Part shown: positions 44,671 to 55,655 of the stretch, piece by piece
Numbering within the stretch: the first letter of the stretch is position 1
Layout of the letters: every line of letters begins with the position of its first letter
NCBI GenBank assembly: GCA_025993795.1
Contig: JAMQHL010000033.1
Span: forward strand, 3,078 to 67,077
Source: Planctomycetota bacterium
GTDB taxonomy: Bacteria; Planctomycetota; UBA8742; UBA2392
DNA: 64,000 nt
Reading direction: 5' to 3'
Program-made: the position numbers and the translations under genes
Notes under the pieces: model-generated
What the model was told of the DNA's origin: nothing
Database searches by the model: none
Seen by the model: only the letters and a program-made list of their open reading frames with translations

Positions 44671-45600
44671 ATGACCAACGAACTGGCGCCAGACGGACCG
44701 GAACTTCAGCCCGACATGATGGGCGACTTCGCCGACGAGGGCGGAAGCGAGGACGCGTCACAGCTCCTGCCCCCGATTCGCGAATTGCCAACCGATCGCG
44801 AGTTCGTCCCGGGCGCCTTCTACGCCATCCATGCCGCCGATGGTCAGCCGTCCGGCAAGCAGCTGGGCGAAATTCTCGGCAATGCACTGTTCCAGAGCCT
44901 GGCAGACGTCCATATTTTCGGGCGCAACACGGGCGAAGAACCGTGGCTTGAAGTCGGGCCCTTGACCCCAGAACCGGTACAGGTGCTGGTAGCGCAGGAA
45001 CTGCTTCCAGGCACTGGTCAGCCGCTTGCGCAGGACGATCTTGAGATGTTCGAGATGGTCGCTGGCCGTGTTGCCAAGACGCTGGGGCGCGCCAAACAGC
45101 CGCCGAAGGAAGATGCCGCCGCGGGCGCCGCGCGCAGCGCGAAGGTCGGCGCGCTCAAGGGCAAGCTTTCTGACCGCTTCGGCTTGGCGGTCGCGGGAAG
45201 CTTTGACCTGGCGCAAGTCACCGACTGCTGCCTGTGCCTGGGCATGAAGCGCGCCGGCGACGCGTTTGCGTGGCTTGGTGGACAGGCGATGGGCGACCCG
45301 GTGTTCCAGGTCGCGGTGGATGGCGCGAAGCTGGCGCCGGGGGCAAAGGGCAAGTCTCCGCGCATCACGATCAGCTACGCCGTGGCTGGCGTGAAGCAGC
45401 CGCGCAAAGTGCTTGAGCGTATCTTTGCCGCGTGCCACTACTTCACCAAACGACTCGGCGGCACGCTGCAATTGCTCGATGGCAGCGCCGCCGGCGATGG
45501 TGTCGCGCGCGGCGAGCACCCAAAGCTTGAAGCGCTGATCAAGAAGATCACCGACACGGGCCTGAAGCCGGGTCACCTCGTGACCAAACGCCTGGTCTAG
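44671..45600 (+). CDS. Hypothetical cytoplasmic protein with a tentative ZipA C-terminal-domain-like pattern
   Basis: Trimmed to ATG 44671 (GGGGAAAG upstream), 309 aa. Acidic N-terminus. Segments AFYAIHAADGQPSGKQLGEILGNALFQSLADVHIFGR and ITISYAVAG...RIFAACHYFTKRLGGTLQLLDG resemble the two halves of ZipA_C by eye only. Confidence 0.5.
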   Translation: MTNELAPDGPELQPDMMGDFADEGGSEDASQLLPPIRELPTDREFVPGAFYAIHAADGQPSGKQLGEILGNALFQSLADVHIFGRNTGEEPWLEVGPLTPEPVQVLVAQELLPGTGQPLAQDDLEMFEMVAGRVAKTLGRAKQPPKEDAAAGAARSAKVGALKGKLSDRFGLAVAGSFDLAQVTDCCLCLGMKRAGDAFAWLGGQAMGDPVFQVAVDGAKLAPGAKGKSPRITISYAVAGVKQPRKVLERIFAACHYFTKRLGGTLQLLDGSAAGDGVARGEHPKLEALIKKITDTGLKPGHLVTKRLV

Positions 45601-46041
45601 TCATTGCTGCTGAGCAACATAGCGCGAACCGAACATGCCGCGCAGCACCGCCTCTTGCGCCGCCCACATGCGGGCGCGTTTTATCGCGTTCGAGTCGTCG
45701 AAGCCAGTGCAGTGCAGGCACCCGTGTACAACATAGCGCGCAAGCTCCTGGGCATACGGTACGCCGAAACTGCGGGCTTGGCTGGCAGCGTAGTCGGGGC
45801 AGACCACAATTTCGCAAAGCCGCCCCTCGGGCGAGTCGCCATAATCAAAAGTGAGCACGTCTGTCACGTAATCGTGACCCAGAGCGTCTCGATTCAGTGA
45901 TCGCATACGCGCCGCGCCTGCAAGGACCACGGTCACGCTTGCGCGGCCGACACGGTCTGACAGGGCAGCCTGCACGGCGCGCCGGATCAACCGGTCGTCA
46001 TGGCGCTTGCGCAGTTTCGAAAGTACGGAAACTTCAATCAT
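45601..46041 (-). CDS. ybeY: rRNA maturation endoribonuclease YbeY
   Basis: 146 aa. Metal-binding motif region VVHGCLHCTGFDD (canonical H-G-x-L-H-L-x-G-Y-D-H). Confidence 0.85.
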   Translation of the reverse strand: MIEVSVLSKLRKRHDDRLIRRAVQAALSDRVGRASVTVVLAGAARMRSLNRDALGHDYVTDVLTFDYGDSPEGRLCEIVVCPDYAASQARSFGVPYAQELARYVVHGCLHCTGFDDSNAIKRARMWAAQEAVLRGMFGSRYVAQQQ

Positions 46042-46075
46042 GGGCGGAGCTGTTGTAGCTCAGCCGCAGTCAGCC

Positions 46076-46996
46076 TCAAGCGCTCTTCTTGCCGCCGGGG
46101 TGGGCGCGCTCATACACGTCGAGCATGCGCGCGGTGCTCACATGGGTGTAGACCTGGGTGGTGGCCAGGTGCGCGTGGCCAAGCAGTTCCTGCACGTCGC
46201 GCAGGTCGGCGCCATGGTTGAGCAGGTGGGTGGCGAAACTGTGGCGCAGGGTGTGCGGCGTAACGTGGCAACTGATGGCGGCTTGCGCCACATAGGCGTC
46301 GATCAGCCGCCGCACGCTGCGGTCGGTCAACTTGGTGCCGCGCTGATTGATGAAGATCTGGTCAACGCCGACGGCTATTGACCGCGATCGCGCCCGGGGT
46401 GGTTGCCCGCGGACCTTGAGCCAGGCTTGGATCGATTCGATGGCGGAAGGGAGCAGGGGAAGGATTCGCTCCTTGCGGCCCTTGCCGAACGCGCGCAAGG
46501 AGCCTCGTGCGAGATGGACGTCTGAGAGTTGAAGCCGTACGAGTTCAGAGACACGAAGTCCGGTTGCATACAGCAGCTCCAGGATAGCCCGGTCGCGCAG
46601 CCCGCTCCAGTTAGCGGGGTCCGGCGCGCTGAGCAGCGCATTGACCTGCTGCTCGTCCAGGAAGTTCGGAAGGTTGCGTGAAAGTTTAGGCGTGCGCAGC
46701 ATGCGTGCCGGGTTCTCCGCGATCTCGCTGCGGCGGTGCAGAAACCGGAACAGCGAGCGCACGCTCGCCAGCTTGCGGGCGATGGTGCGGCGCTCATAAC
46801 CATGCTCAGAGAGCTGGGCAAGCCACGCCCGCAGGTTCAGATGCTCAACCTGCGCAAGATCGGAGATCGCACGCGCATCCAGAAACCCGGCGAATTGCTT
46901 CAAGTCGCCGGAATAGGCGCGCAGGCTCTGGTCGCTGAAATTGCGTTCAACGTCCAGGTGCTCGAGAAAGCGCTCGATGGTTTGGCGAAGTTCCAT
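46076..46996 (-). CDS. xerC: Tyrosine recombinase XerC/XerD
   Basis: Trimmed to ATG 46996 (MELRQTIERFLEHLDVERNFSDQSLRAYSGDL). Catalytic-region motifs RHSFATHLL and LGHAHLATTQVYTHV. Confidence 0.85.
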   Translation of the reverse strand: MELRQTIERFLEHLDVERNFSDQSLRAYSGDLKQFAGFLDARAISDLAQVEHLNLRAWLAQLSEHGYERRTIARKLASVRSLFRFLHRRSEIAENPARMLRTPKLSRNLPNFLDEQQVNALLSAPDPANWSGLRDRAILELLYATGLRVSELVRLQLSDVHLARGSLRAFGKGRKERILPLLPSAIESIQAWLKVRGQPPRARSRSIAVGVDQIFINQRGTKLTDRSVRRLIDAYVAQAAISCHVTPHTLRHSFATHLLNHGADLRDVQELLGHAHLATTQVYTHVSTARMLDVYERAHPGGKKSA

Positions 46997-47070
46997 GTAC
47001 ACATCCCGGCCATGAATCGGTCGTGGAGTGCGGGAAACTTCAGGAAATCCGGCAGCAAACCGGAATGCGG

Positions 47071-47830
47071 TCACTTCTCGCCCCGGGCGATGACTACACC
47101 GTAATACCGCCGGTTGTCCGTGAACTCACGATACGCGGCACTGAAGCGCGCCAGCTTTGCGGGATCGGCAAACGCATTGTGAAAAATCTGTGCCGTGCCT
47201 TCCGCTTCTTCATCTGCCTGTAAACCCGTTCGCGTGAAAAAGCTGACAACGGCAAGTTCGTTCTGCAGTCCACGAAAGCCCGCCTCTTCCAGCTTGTCCC
47301 ACCACCCCCGTACAACCATGGGCGCAACCGGCCCACGCCACACGTCCAGCAGCGCCCCCTCAAGCTCTGCCGTCGGCGGCTGGCGCCAGCACAATTCATG
47401 TATGCCGATGCGGCCGCCGGGCTTCAGCACGCGGTGCAGTTCTTTCAGCGCCGCACGTTGTTCCAGGGGGTGCATGTAACTGAGGCTCGCTTCCACCATT
47501 GCCGCGTGAAAGTGACCCTCGGGAAAGGGCAGCTCTTCGGCTTTGCCGATGCGGGCGGTGCTGCGGCGCTTCAGGGACGGGTCGCCTTCGGTGACCTTCT
47601 CCGACTCTGTGCGCACCAGCGCCTCGGTCGTGGCCTGGGTGGTCATGCTCACAAACAGCGCCGTGCTGCCAGCGTTGGGCCCGCACACAAGGGCGTGGTC
47701 TCCACCGCGCAGATCCAGCAGCCGAATCAACGCCCCGGTGGCGTAAGTTCCGCCCGGCTTGAGTTCGGTCTTGCCCAGGGAAGCCAGAAACTCCGGAAGA
47801 GGCAGGTCGGTCATGGCCATAGTATGCCCA
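47071..47830 (-). CDS. Class I SAM-dependent methyltransferase (type 11-like)
   Basis: Trimmed from 48144 to ATG 47830 (MAMTDLPLPEFL...); the upstream part of the track ORF is antisense to ggt. Has LKELHRVLKPGGRIGIHE, typical of Methyltransf_11. Confidence 0.65.
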
Positions 47831-47896
47831 ATGTAGTGACCGCTTACCGCCACCAACTGCCTTCGCGTTCGTACCCCCCGGCTGTAGAAGCTGTGC

Positions 47897-49525
47897 ATGC
47901 AGATCGACTTTGAATTCATGTCCCGCCGCAGCTCTGTGCTTAGCACTCGCGGCGCCATTGCCACCAGCCATCCTCTGGCGGCACAGGCCGGTGCAGGCGT
48001 TTTGCGAGATGGCGGCAACGCAGCCGACGCCGCCATCGCCGCAGCCGCCATGCTGTGCGTGGTTGAGCCTGTTTCCAACGGCATCGGTGGCGATTGCTTT
48101 GCCCTGTACTTTGACGCGAAAACCAGACAGGTCACGGCGCTCAACGGCAGCGGCCGCAGTGCCTATGGCGCCGACGCCGACAGCCTGCGCGCCGCCGGTT
48201 ACCGCGACATGCCCAAGTTCACCGGCGCAGCCGTAACCGTGCCGGGCGTGGCGCGGGGCTGGTCAGACCTGAACGCGCGTCACGGCAGCATGCCACTTGC
48301 CGCGTTGCTGGCGCCTGCCATCGACATCGCCGAAACCGGCTTTCCAGTCACCGAGTGGATTGCCCGCGCCTGGGACCAAAGCCGGAAAAAGCTTCGGCGT
48401 GACCCCGACTGGAACAGCGGCGACAAGGACAACGGCCCGGAACAAGCCAGCGGCCACGAGCTGTTGATCGAAGGCCGGGCTCCAAGATTCGGCGAAGTCA
48501 TGCGCCTGCCAACCATGGCCGGTACGCTGCGCGGCATTGCCGAAGGCGGCGCCGACTTCATTTACACCGGCGAGTTCGCGCGCAATGCCGCCGCGCACGT
48601 CCAGCATTACGGCGGCTGGCTGACTGAACGTGACTTTGCAGATCACCGCTCAGAATGGCCGCAGCCCCTGACCATCGACTACCGTGGCGTGCGGCTTTAC
48701 GAGTGCCCGCCCAACGGCCAGGGGATCTCCGCCCTGATCGCATGCGGCCTCGCGGACATGGCCGCGCTGACAGAAATGCGCGCCCCCGAACGTGTTGCTT
48801 ACTTGGTCGACTGCATGCGCGTTGCCATGGGCGAAGCCGAATCACGCGTCTTCGACGCCGGCTTTGACGTCAGCGGCTTGTGGCCCCTCGACGAGCCGTT
48901 CTTCGACCAGATTCGAAAGAAACTAAGCGTGAGCCAGGCCTATACCGGCTACGTGTTCGGCCCCAAGGGCAACGATACCGTTTACCTCAGCGTCGTGGAC
49001 GGGGCCGGCAACGCGTGCTCGTGGATCCAGTCCTGCTACATGGGCACGGGCACCGGCCTGGTTGTGCCCGGCACCGGCGTTTCATTGCAGAACCGAGGCA
49101 ACGGTTTCTCACTTGACGCCCAGCACCGCAACCACCTGGCGCCGCACAAGCGCCCGTTCCACACCATCATTCCTGCCATGACAACGCGCGACGGTGATCT
49201 GCACGCATGCTTTGGCGTCATGGGCGGGCACATGCAGCCGCAGGGACACTTCCAGGTGCTGACTCACCTGCTGAACGGGTTGACGCCTCAAGCCGCGCTC
49301 GACGCGCCACGCTGGCAACTGGTCGGCCGCGACGCGCGACTGATGATTGAGCCCGGTTTGCCCAACGACGTGGTGCAGGGACTGATGACCAGCGGCTATC
49401 TGCTTGAGAAGGTCGAGGGCTTCGACCGCATTCACATGGGCGGCGGACAGTTGATTGTGAAGCAGGGCGATGTGTTGATCGCCGGCAGCGACCCACGAAA
49501 AGACGGCTGTGCGGTGGGTTTATAG
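47897..49525 (+). CDS. ggt: Gamma-glutamyltransferase family protein (no obvious signal peptide)
   Basis: 542 aa. N-terminal GAIATSHPLAAQAGAGVLRDGGNAADAAIA and autoprocessing-site region GNDTVYLSVVD. The start could also be ATG 47918. Confidence 0.85.
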   Translation: MQIDFEFMSRRSSVLSTRGAIATSHPLAAQAGAGVLRDGGNAADAAIAAAAMLCVVEPVSNGIGGDCFALYFDAKTRQVTALNGSGRSAYGADADSLRAAGYRDMPKFTGAAVTVPGVARGWSDLNARHGSMPLAALLAPAIDIAETGFPVTEWIARAWDQSRKKLRRDPDWNSGDKDNGPEQASGHELLIEGRAPRFGEVMRLPTMAGTLRGIAEGGADFIYTGEFARNAAAHVQHYGGWLTERDFADHRSEWPQPLTIDYRGVRLYECPPNGQGISALIACGLADMAALTEMRAPERVAYLVDCMRVAMGEAESRVFDAGFDVSGLWPLDEPFFDQIRKKLSVSQAYTGYVFGPKGNDTVYLSVVDGAGNACSWIQSCYMGTGTGLVVPGTGVSLQNRGNGFSLDAQHRNHLAPHKRPFHTIIPAMTTRDGDLHACFGVMGGHMQPQGHFQVLTHLLNGLTPQAALDAPRWQLVGRDARLMIEPGLPNDVVQGLMTSGYLLEKVEGFDRIHMGGGQLIVKQGDVLIAGSDPRKDGCAVGL

Positions 49526-49772
49526 GCAAACGGTGCAATATAATCCGGCGAATCTGATTGGCTGATGGCGCCGAATCCCCATACTTAGCGACCCCGGCAG
49601 AATGCCGTAGAGCCGCCACGTAGTTCGCCAAAGAACACGGAGAAGGATAATGGCGTGAACCGGACACGCAAAGTGCGCGATCCCTGTCGCCCTGCAGTCC
49701 ACGGTGAAACTCCGCGTGCTCCGTCGTTGAGGCCCTTTTTGCAGTCGTCATTAGCACGAAGGAGGAGTCGCC

Positions 49773-50462
49773 ATGGGCAAGTTCGTCATCTGCACGTACC
49801 AGGCTAGTGATTGCGCATTCACTGCTACCTGCAACGGATTTGAAGTCTTCAATTGCAAGGATGGCGGCAGCGGAATGGCGCAACTCACCCCATACCTGAT
49901 TGGCAAGGGCAACGTGTTGCGGTTTGTCTTCACGCGAAAGGGACCGCATGCCAGCTTCAGCTCAGGCGTTCGCGAAGCCGAGGAGGGCGAGATGGTAGAC
50001 TCGCGCCAAGATGGCGACATGCAGATGCCGGAGGGCAACGAGCTGGTGCACACGTTTGACAGCCAGTTCGACGAACTGAAGCAGTTGCTGGACACTGCCA
50101 GCGTTGCTGACGCCAAGACGATGCTGGCGTTCGCAATGGACTACTGCAAAGCCATCAAGTCGGGCGACAAACCCGCGCTCAGGAAGTTCAACCGCTACCG
50201 CATGGCCGAGGCTTCAAAGACCTTCGGCGTTCCGTTGGAGACCGTGGAACCGGGAATGCTCGAGATGTTCACGTTCTTTAGGGATGGCGGGGCCGACGTA
50301 AGCGTGGAAGACCTTGAGGTGCAGATGATCACCCATGACAAGGTCTTTGAGGTCAAACGCAAAGACGGCAACCCCCTGCTGTTCAAGGAAGAAGAGGATG
50401 GCAGCAGCTCGTCCAACTTCATAGCAGCAATCCTGCAAGACGGCCCACAAGTAGTCCGATAG
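49773..50462 (+). CDS. Hypothetical soluble protein (229 aa), no recognisable motif
   Basis: Strong SD GAAGGAGGAG 6 nt upstream of the ATG. Coherent codon bias. Acidic and Cys-containing N-terminus (MGKFVICTYQASDCAFTATCNGFEVFNCKDGG). Confidence 0.65.
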   Translation: MGKFVICTYQASDCAFTATCNGFEVFNCKDGGSGMAQLTPYLIGKGNVLRFVFTRKGPHASFSSGVREAEEGEMVDSRQDGDMQMPEGNELVHTFDSQFDELKQLLDTASVADAKTMLAFAMDYCKAIKSGDKPALRKFNRYRMAEASKTFGVPLETVEPGMLEMFTFFRDGGADVSVEDLEVQMITHDKVFEVKRKDGNPLLFKEEEDGSSSSNFIAAILQDGPQVVR

Positions 50463-50544
50463 GCCGGCCCAGAGGACGGCAGGCCGGAGTACCGGCAACC
50501 GACAGGCGTGCTGGCTCGTTGACTTTTGAACGGCGGTTCAGATA

Positions 50545-51177
50545 ATGAACCGTATGCAGGCTGCGGAACGCCGACAGAAGAAGACTGAACTCAAGCGCGA
50601 AGCCATTCTTCGCAGCGCTGCGGCTGCCTTCCGGCGCAAGGGCTACCACGGCACGAGCATGGAAGACATCAGCGAGGCACTGCTGATGACCAAGGGCTCG
50701 CTGTACTACTACTTCAAAGACAAGGAAGAGATTCTCTTTGCCTGCCACGACTTCAGCCTTGATCGCGTGCTTGAAAAGATGCGCGAAGTGTTTGCCGCCC
50801 AGAAGGGCGAAAGCGCCGCGACGCGCCTGGCGGCGCTGATCCAGGGCTTCGTGGATGTCATGATCGATGATCTGCAAGGGTCCGCGCTGGCGCTGGACTT
50901 CACAGCGCTGAAAGAGGAACTGCTCGCGAAAATCATCGTCAAGCGCGACCAGTTCGAACGCGGCATGCGCCAGGTCATCCAGGACGGCTTGAAGAACGGT
51001 GAATTCCGCAAGGTCGAGCCCAAGCTCGCGTCTCTGGCGATCCTGGGCGCGATCAACTGGATCGGCAAGTGGTACCGCCCCGACGGCAACTTCAAGGCCG
51101 CCGACATCGGGCGCATGTACAGCGATCTGTTCGTGAAGGGACTGAGCAAAGGACAAGTTGCAGGGACTGGGTTTTAG
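50545..51177 (+). CDS. TetR/AcrR family transcriptional regulator
   Basis: 210 aa. HTH region FRRKGYHGTSMEDISEALLMTKGSLYYYFKDKEEIL. Confidence 0.85.
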   Translation: MNRMQAAERRQKKTELKREAILRSAAAAFRRKGYHGTSMEDISEALLMTKGSLYYYFKDKEEILFACHDFSLDRVLEKMREVFAAQKGESAATRLAALIQGFVDVMIDDLQGSALALDFTALKEELLAKIIVKRDQFERGMRQVIQDGLKNGEFRKVEPKLASLAILGAINWIGKWYRPDGNFKAADIGRMYSDLFVKGLSKGQVAGTGF

Positions 51178-51242
51178 GAGACAGCAACCAAACCCAGCCG
51201 CCCGCAGCTTACTGCCCACAACCTGCTGTTTGGGAGCAAGCC

Positions 51243-52436
51243 ATGGAGATCATCCGCAACATCCAGAAATTCGACGACTGGATGGACTACCTGAAGGACT
51301 GGCAGTCCGACATCGGCGTGAAGATCGAAGACTCTGAAAACTTCATTATGACGCCGATTTACGACAACACGATCCCGCCCGAGATCGAGTTCGGCGACTT
51401 CAAAGGCCAGCCCAAGTGGGATCGCATCACGCAGATCCCGACCCAGAATATGCGCGACAGCCTGCTTGCACTGACATTCGTGCAGGGCGACACCGAGTTC
51501 GCCAGCGTGGAGCAACAGCGGCGCCTGCTTGAAAACGTCCCGCACGACTACGACCGCTACGCCGCTGTACGCATCATGCTTGAGGAAATCCGCCACGGCC
51601 TGCAGATGTGCCACATTCTTGTCGAGCACTTCGGCACCAGCGGCAAAGTGGAAGCCCGCAAGCTGCTTGAACGGCGCGCGCGCGAAGCCTTCCCTGAGGC
51701 CAAGAACCCGCGCCTGCTGGGCGCCTTCAACGAAGCCGTAGACAACTGGCTGGACTTTTACGCCTACACCTGCTTCGTCGATCGCGACGGCAAGTTTCAG
51801 TTGGGCATGCTGAAACCCTGCGGCTTCAGCCCGCTGGCACGCAGCGCGGGGCCCATGCTGCGCGAAGAGGCCTTCCACCTGGGCAGCGGCAACGACGGCC
51901 TGACACGCATCGTGAAAGCCGGCCAGGTGCCGGTGGCGATTCTGCAGCGCTTCTTCAACAAATGGATTTCATGCGCGATGGACCTGTTCGGCAAGGACGA
52001 AAGCAGCACCGCCGAATGGGGCTATGTGTGGGGCTTCAAGGCCCGCTTTGACGAAGAGCAGCAGCGCAAGGACGGCAACCTTGACCCGGACCGCAAAGAG
52101 CTGAATCACCACAACCGGATGCTCTATCACGTCGAGGTCGCCGACATCGTCAAGCGCCTGAACAGCTTCATCCCGGGCGAGGAGAAGCTCTTCATGCCCC
52201 ACGAGAAGTTCCACCGCGCGATCGGTCGCTACGCCAACCAGCCTTACGACGTCCACGGCAACCTGATGGAGCAGGCCGAGTACGACAAGTACATCAAGAC
52301 GGCGCTGCCGACGCCGCAGGACTACGCCCTGCTGAAAGACATCTTCAAGAACCCGAACTGGATCGCCGACCGGGCTTTGCCCAAGGACCTGTGGGGCTAC
52401 CAGGAAAACATCCGCAAAGCCACCCTTGGCAAGTAG
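51243..52436 (+). CDS. BoxB/PaaA-family di-iron oxygenase (benzoyl-CoA 2,3-epoxidase subunit B-like)
   Basis: Trimmed to ATG 51243 (GGGAG SD), 397 aa. Two E-x-x-H motifs (MLEEIRHG, LREEAFHL). Segments VQGDTEFASVEQQRRL and FVDRDGKFQLGML closely recall BoxB as I remember it. Confidence 0.7.
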   Translation: MEIIRNIQKFDDWMDYLKDWQSDIGVKIEDSENFIMTPIYDNTIPPEIEFGDFKGQPKWDRITQIPTQNMRDSLLALTFVQGDTEFASVEQQRRLLENVPHDYDRYAAVRIMLEEIRHGLQMCHILVEHFGTSGKVEARKLLERRAREAFPEAKNPRLLGAFNEAVDNWLDFYAYTCFVDRDGKFQLGMLKPCGFSPLARSAGPMLREEAFHLGSGNDGLTRIVKAGQVPVAILQRFFNKWISCAMDLFGKDESSTAEWGYVWGFKARFDEEQQRKDGNLDPDRKELNHHNRMLYHVEVADIVKRLNSFIPGEEKLFMPHEKFHRAIGRYANQPYDVHGNLMEQAEYDKYIKTALPTPQDYALLKDIFKNPNWIADRALPKDLWGYQENIRKATLGK

Positions 52437-52496
52437 CAAAGCGCGACTTCCAGCCCGCGCCTCAACCTGTCCACAGGAACACTTCGCTCTGGTGCA

Positions 52497-52522
52497 CCAG
52501 CCGAGAATAGATTCTCGGCTGG
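52497..52522. promoter_or_regulatory. Perfect palindrome 55 nt upstream of katG (candidate operator; alternatively a hairpin)
   Basis: CCAGCCGAGAAT-AG-ATTCTCGGCTGG, with 12-nt perfectly complementary arms and an A/T-rich core GAGAATAGATTCTC. No T-tract follows. Confidence 0.5.
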
Positions 52523-52534
52523 CGACGTTGATGA

Positions 52535-54727
<2,193 letters not shown>

Positions 54728-55006
54728 CCACACCGACTGGCAATCAGAACCACGAGCTGTCAGATGGCCCCCCAGAATCGCCGAACGGGCCCAGAGATTG
54801 GACCCATTCGGCAGTCGGCGCGGGCGGCTGATTCGTCGCCCGAGCTGACGTTGGCAGCGGCACCTGAATGCCTGCAATCATGGCGGCGGCTACGCAGCGA
54901 TTGAGGAACGCCGTTGAATTGTGCTCAGACTGCAACAAAGGTCTGCTTGAGGGCCAGAAGCCGTTCGGCCCCTCGACTTATCCTGCCCCTTCGCCACACT
55001 GCCGCC

Positions 55007-55633
55007 ATGGAGTTGCTTGTCCTGCACATCCCCGGCCTCAGTGCGCGGCTGCTGCGCGACCAGGGCGCCGCTGCGGTTGATCTGGCTCGCGTTGGTGGTG
55101 AAGGCGCGGCTGCGACGCTGGTCAACCTGGAGGGCGCGTCCCGCCAGCAGCAAGAGGCTGCTCTTCTCACGGGCCTGCTGCCGGAGTACCTGGGCGCATT
55201 TGGCGGCGGTGTCGGACCCTGCCGCGGCGAGCCGTTCTGGGTGAAAGCCGCCGCAAAACGCGCAAGCCTTCAAAGCCGCGTGCGAACGATACTGCCCCTG
55301 CCCGCGCAGTGGCAGGCGGGTACATCCGAGCCGCACCTGCGCTGGGAGACTCTTGAGCAAGTCGCCGTCGGCGGCGCGTCCCGCGAGACACTGCATGCCG
55401 CCAACGCTGCTGCCCGGCCATGGATTGAGCAGGCGCAGGCCGTGGTGGTGGTGTCAGCCTGGTCGATCGACAAACGAGGCCAGCTCGCGACCCAGCGGTG
55501 CGAGCCGCTGGATCGCCCGGTGTTTTTGACCCGAGGCGTCGAACAGGCCAAGGCAACGATCGGCATTCTTGAGATTGCGGGCCTGCTTGAACGTGCCCTG
55601 ACCGGGGAGACGGTGCGTGACCAGCTGCTGTAG
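55007..55633 (+). CDS. Hypothetical protein with a degenerate alkaline-phosphatase-superfamily-like N-terminus
   Basis: Trimmed to ATG 55007, 208 aa. LLVLHIPGLS...ALLTGLLPEYLGAFGG echoes the NPP/phosphodiesterase pattern (IDG...T.P...TG..P..HG), but the metal/nucleophile positions are substituted. Good G/C third-position bias. Confidence 0.5.
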   Translation: MELLVLHIPGLSARLLRDQGAAAVDLARVGGEGAAATLVNLEGASRQQQEAALLTGLLPEYLGAFGGGVGPCRGEPFWVKAAAKRASLQSRVRTILPLPAQWQAGTSEPHLRWETLEQVAVGGASRETLHAANAAARPWIEQAQAVVVVSAWSIDKRGQLATQRCEPLDRPVFLTRGVEQAKATIGILEIAGLLERALTGETVRDQLL

Positions 55634-55655
55634 ACAATGGGTCCCGGGCACAGCG

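Noticed and set aside
45598-45603. Convergent genes (44671-45600 and ybeY) with directly abutting stop codons (TAG then TCA) and no intergenic terminator
   Set aside because: The observation is real but commonplace in compact genomes, and nothing further points to function.
46076-46996. Tyrosine recombinase as a marker of an integrative mobile element
   Set aside because: The sequence has the XerC/XerD housekeeping pattern (N-terminal SAM-like domain, RHSFATHLL, LGHAHLATTQVYTHV). It sits among core genes (ybeY, a methyltransferase), with no flanking repeats, no tRNA and no phage or conjugation genes.
47831-48144. N-terminal 104 aa of track ORF 47071-48144
   Set aside because: This part is antisense to the 5' end of ggt and has a shadow-like composition. 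The methyltransferase homology begins at the internal MAMTDLPL start (47830).
49526-49772. Cobalamin or c-di-GMP-I riboswitch in the leader of the 49773 gene (GGTGAAAC and GGCAAAC / ACGCAAAG strings)
   Set aside because: Only isolated short strings match. The other conserved boxes are absent (for example GCCACTG for cobalamin, and the correctly spaced GEMM-I helices), and the spacing is wrong. The same applies to GGTGAAACCGCC at ~15392, which has no downstream gene on that strand.
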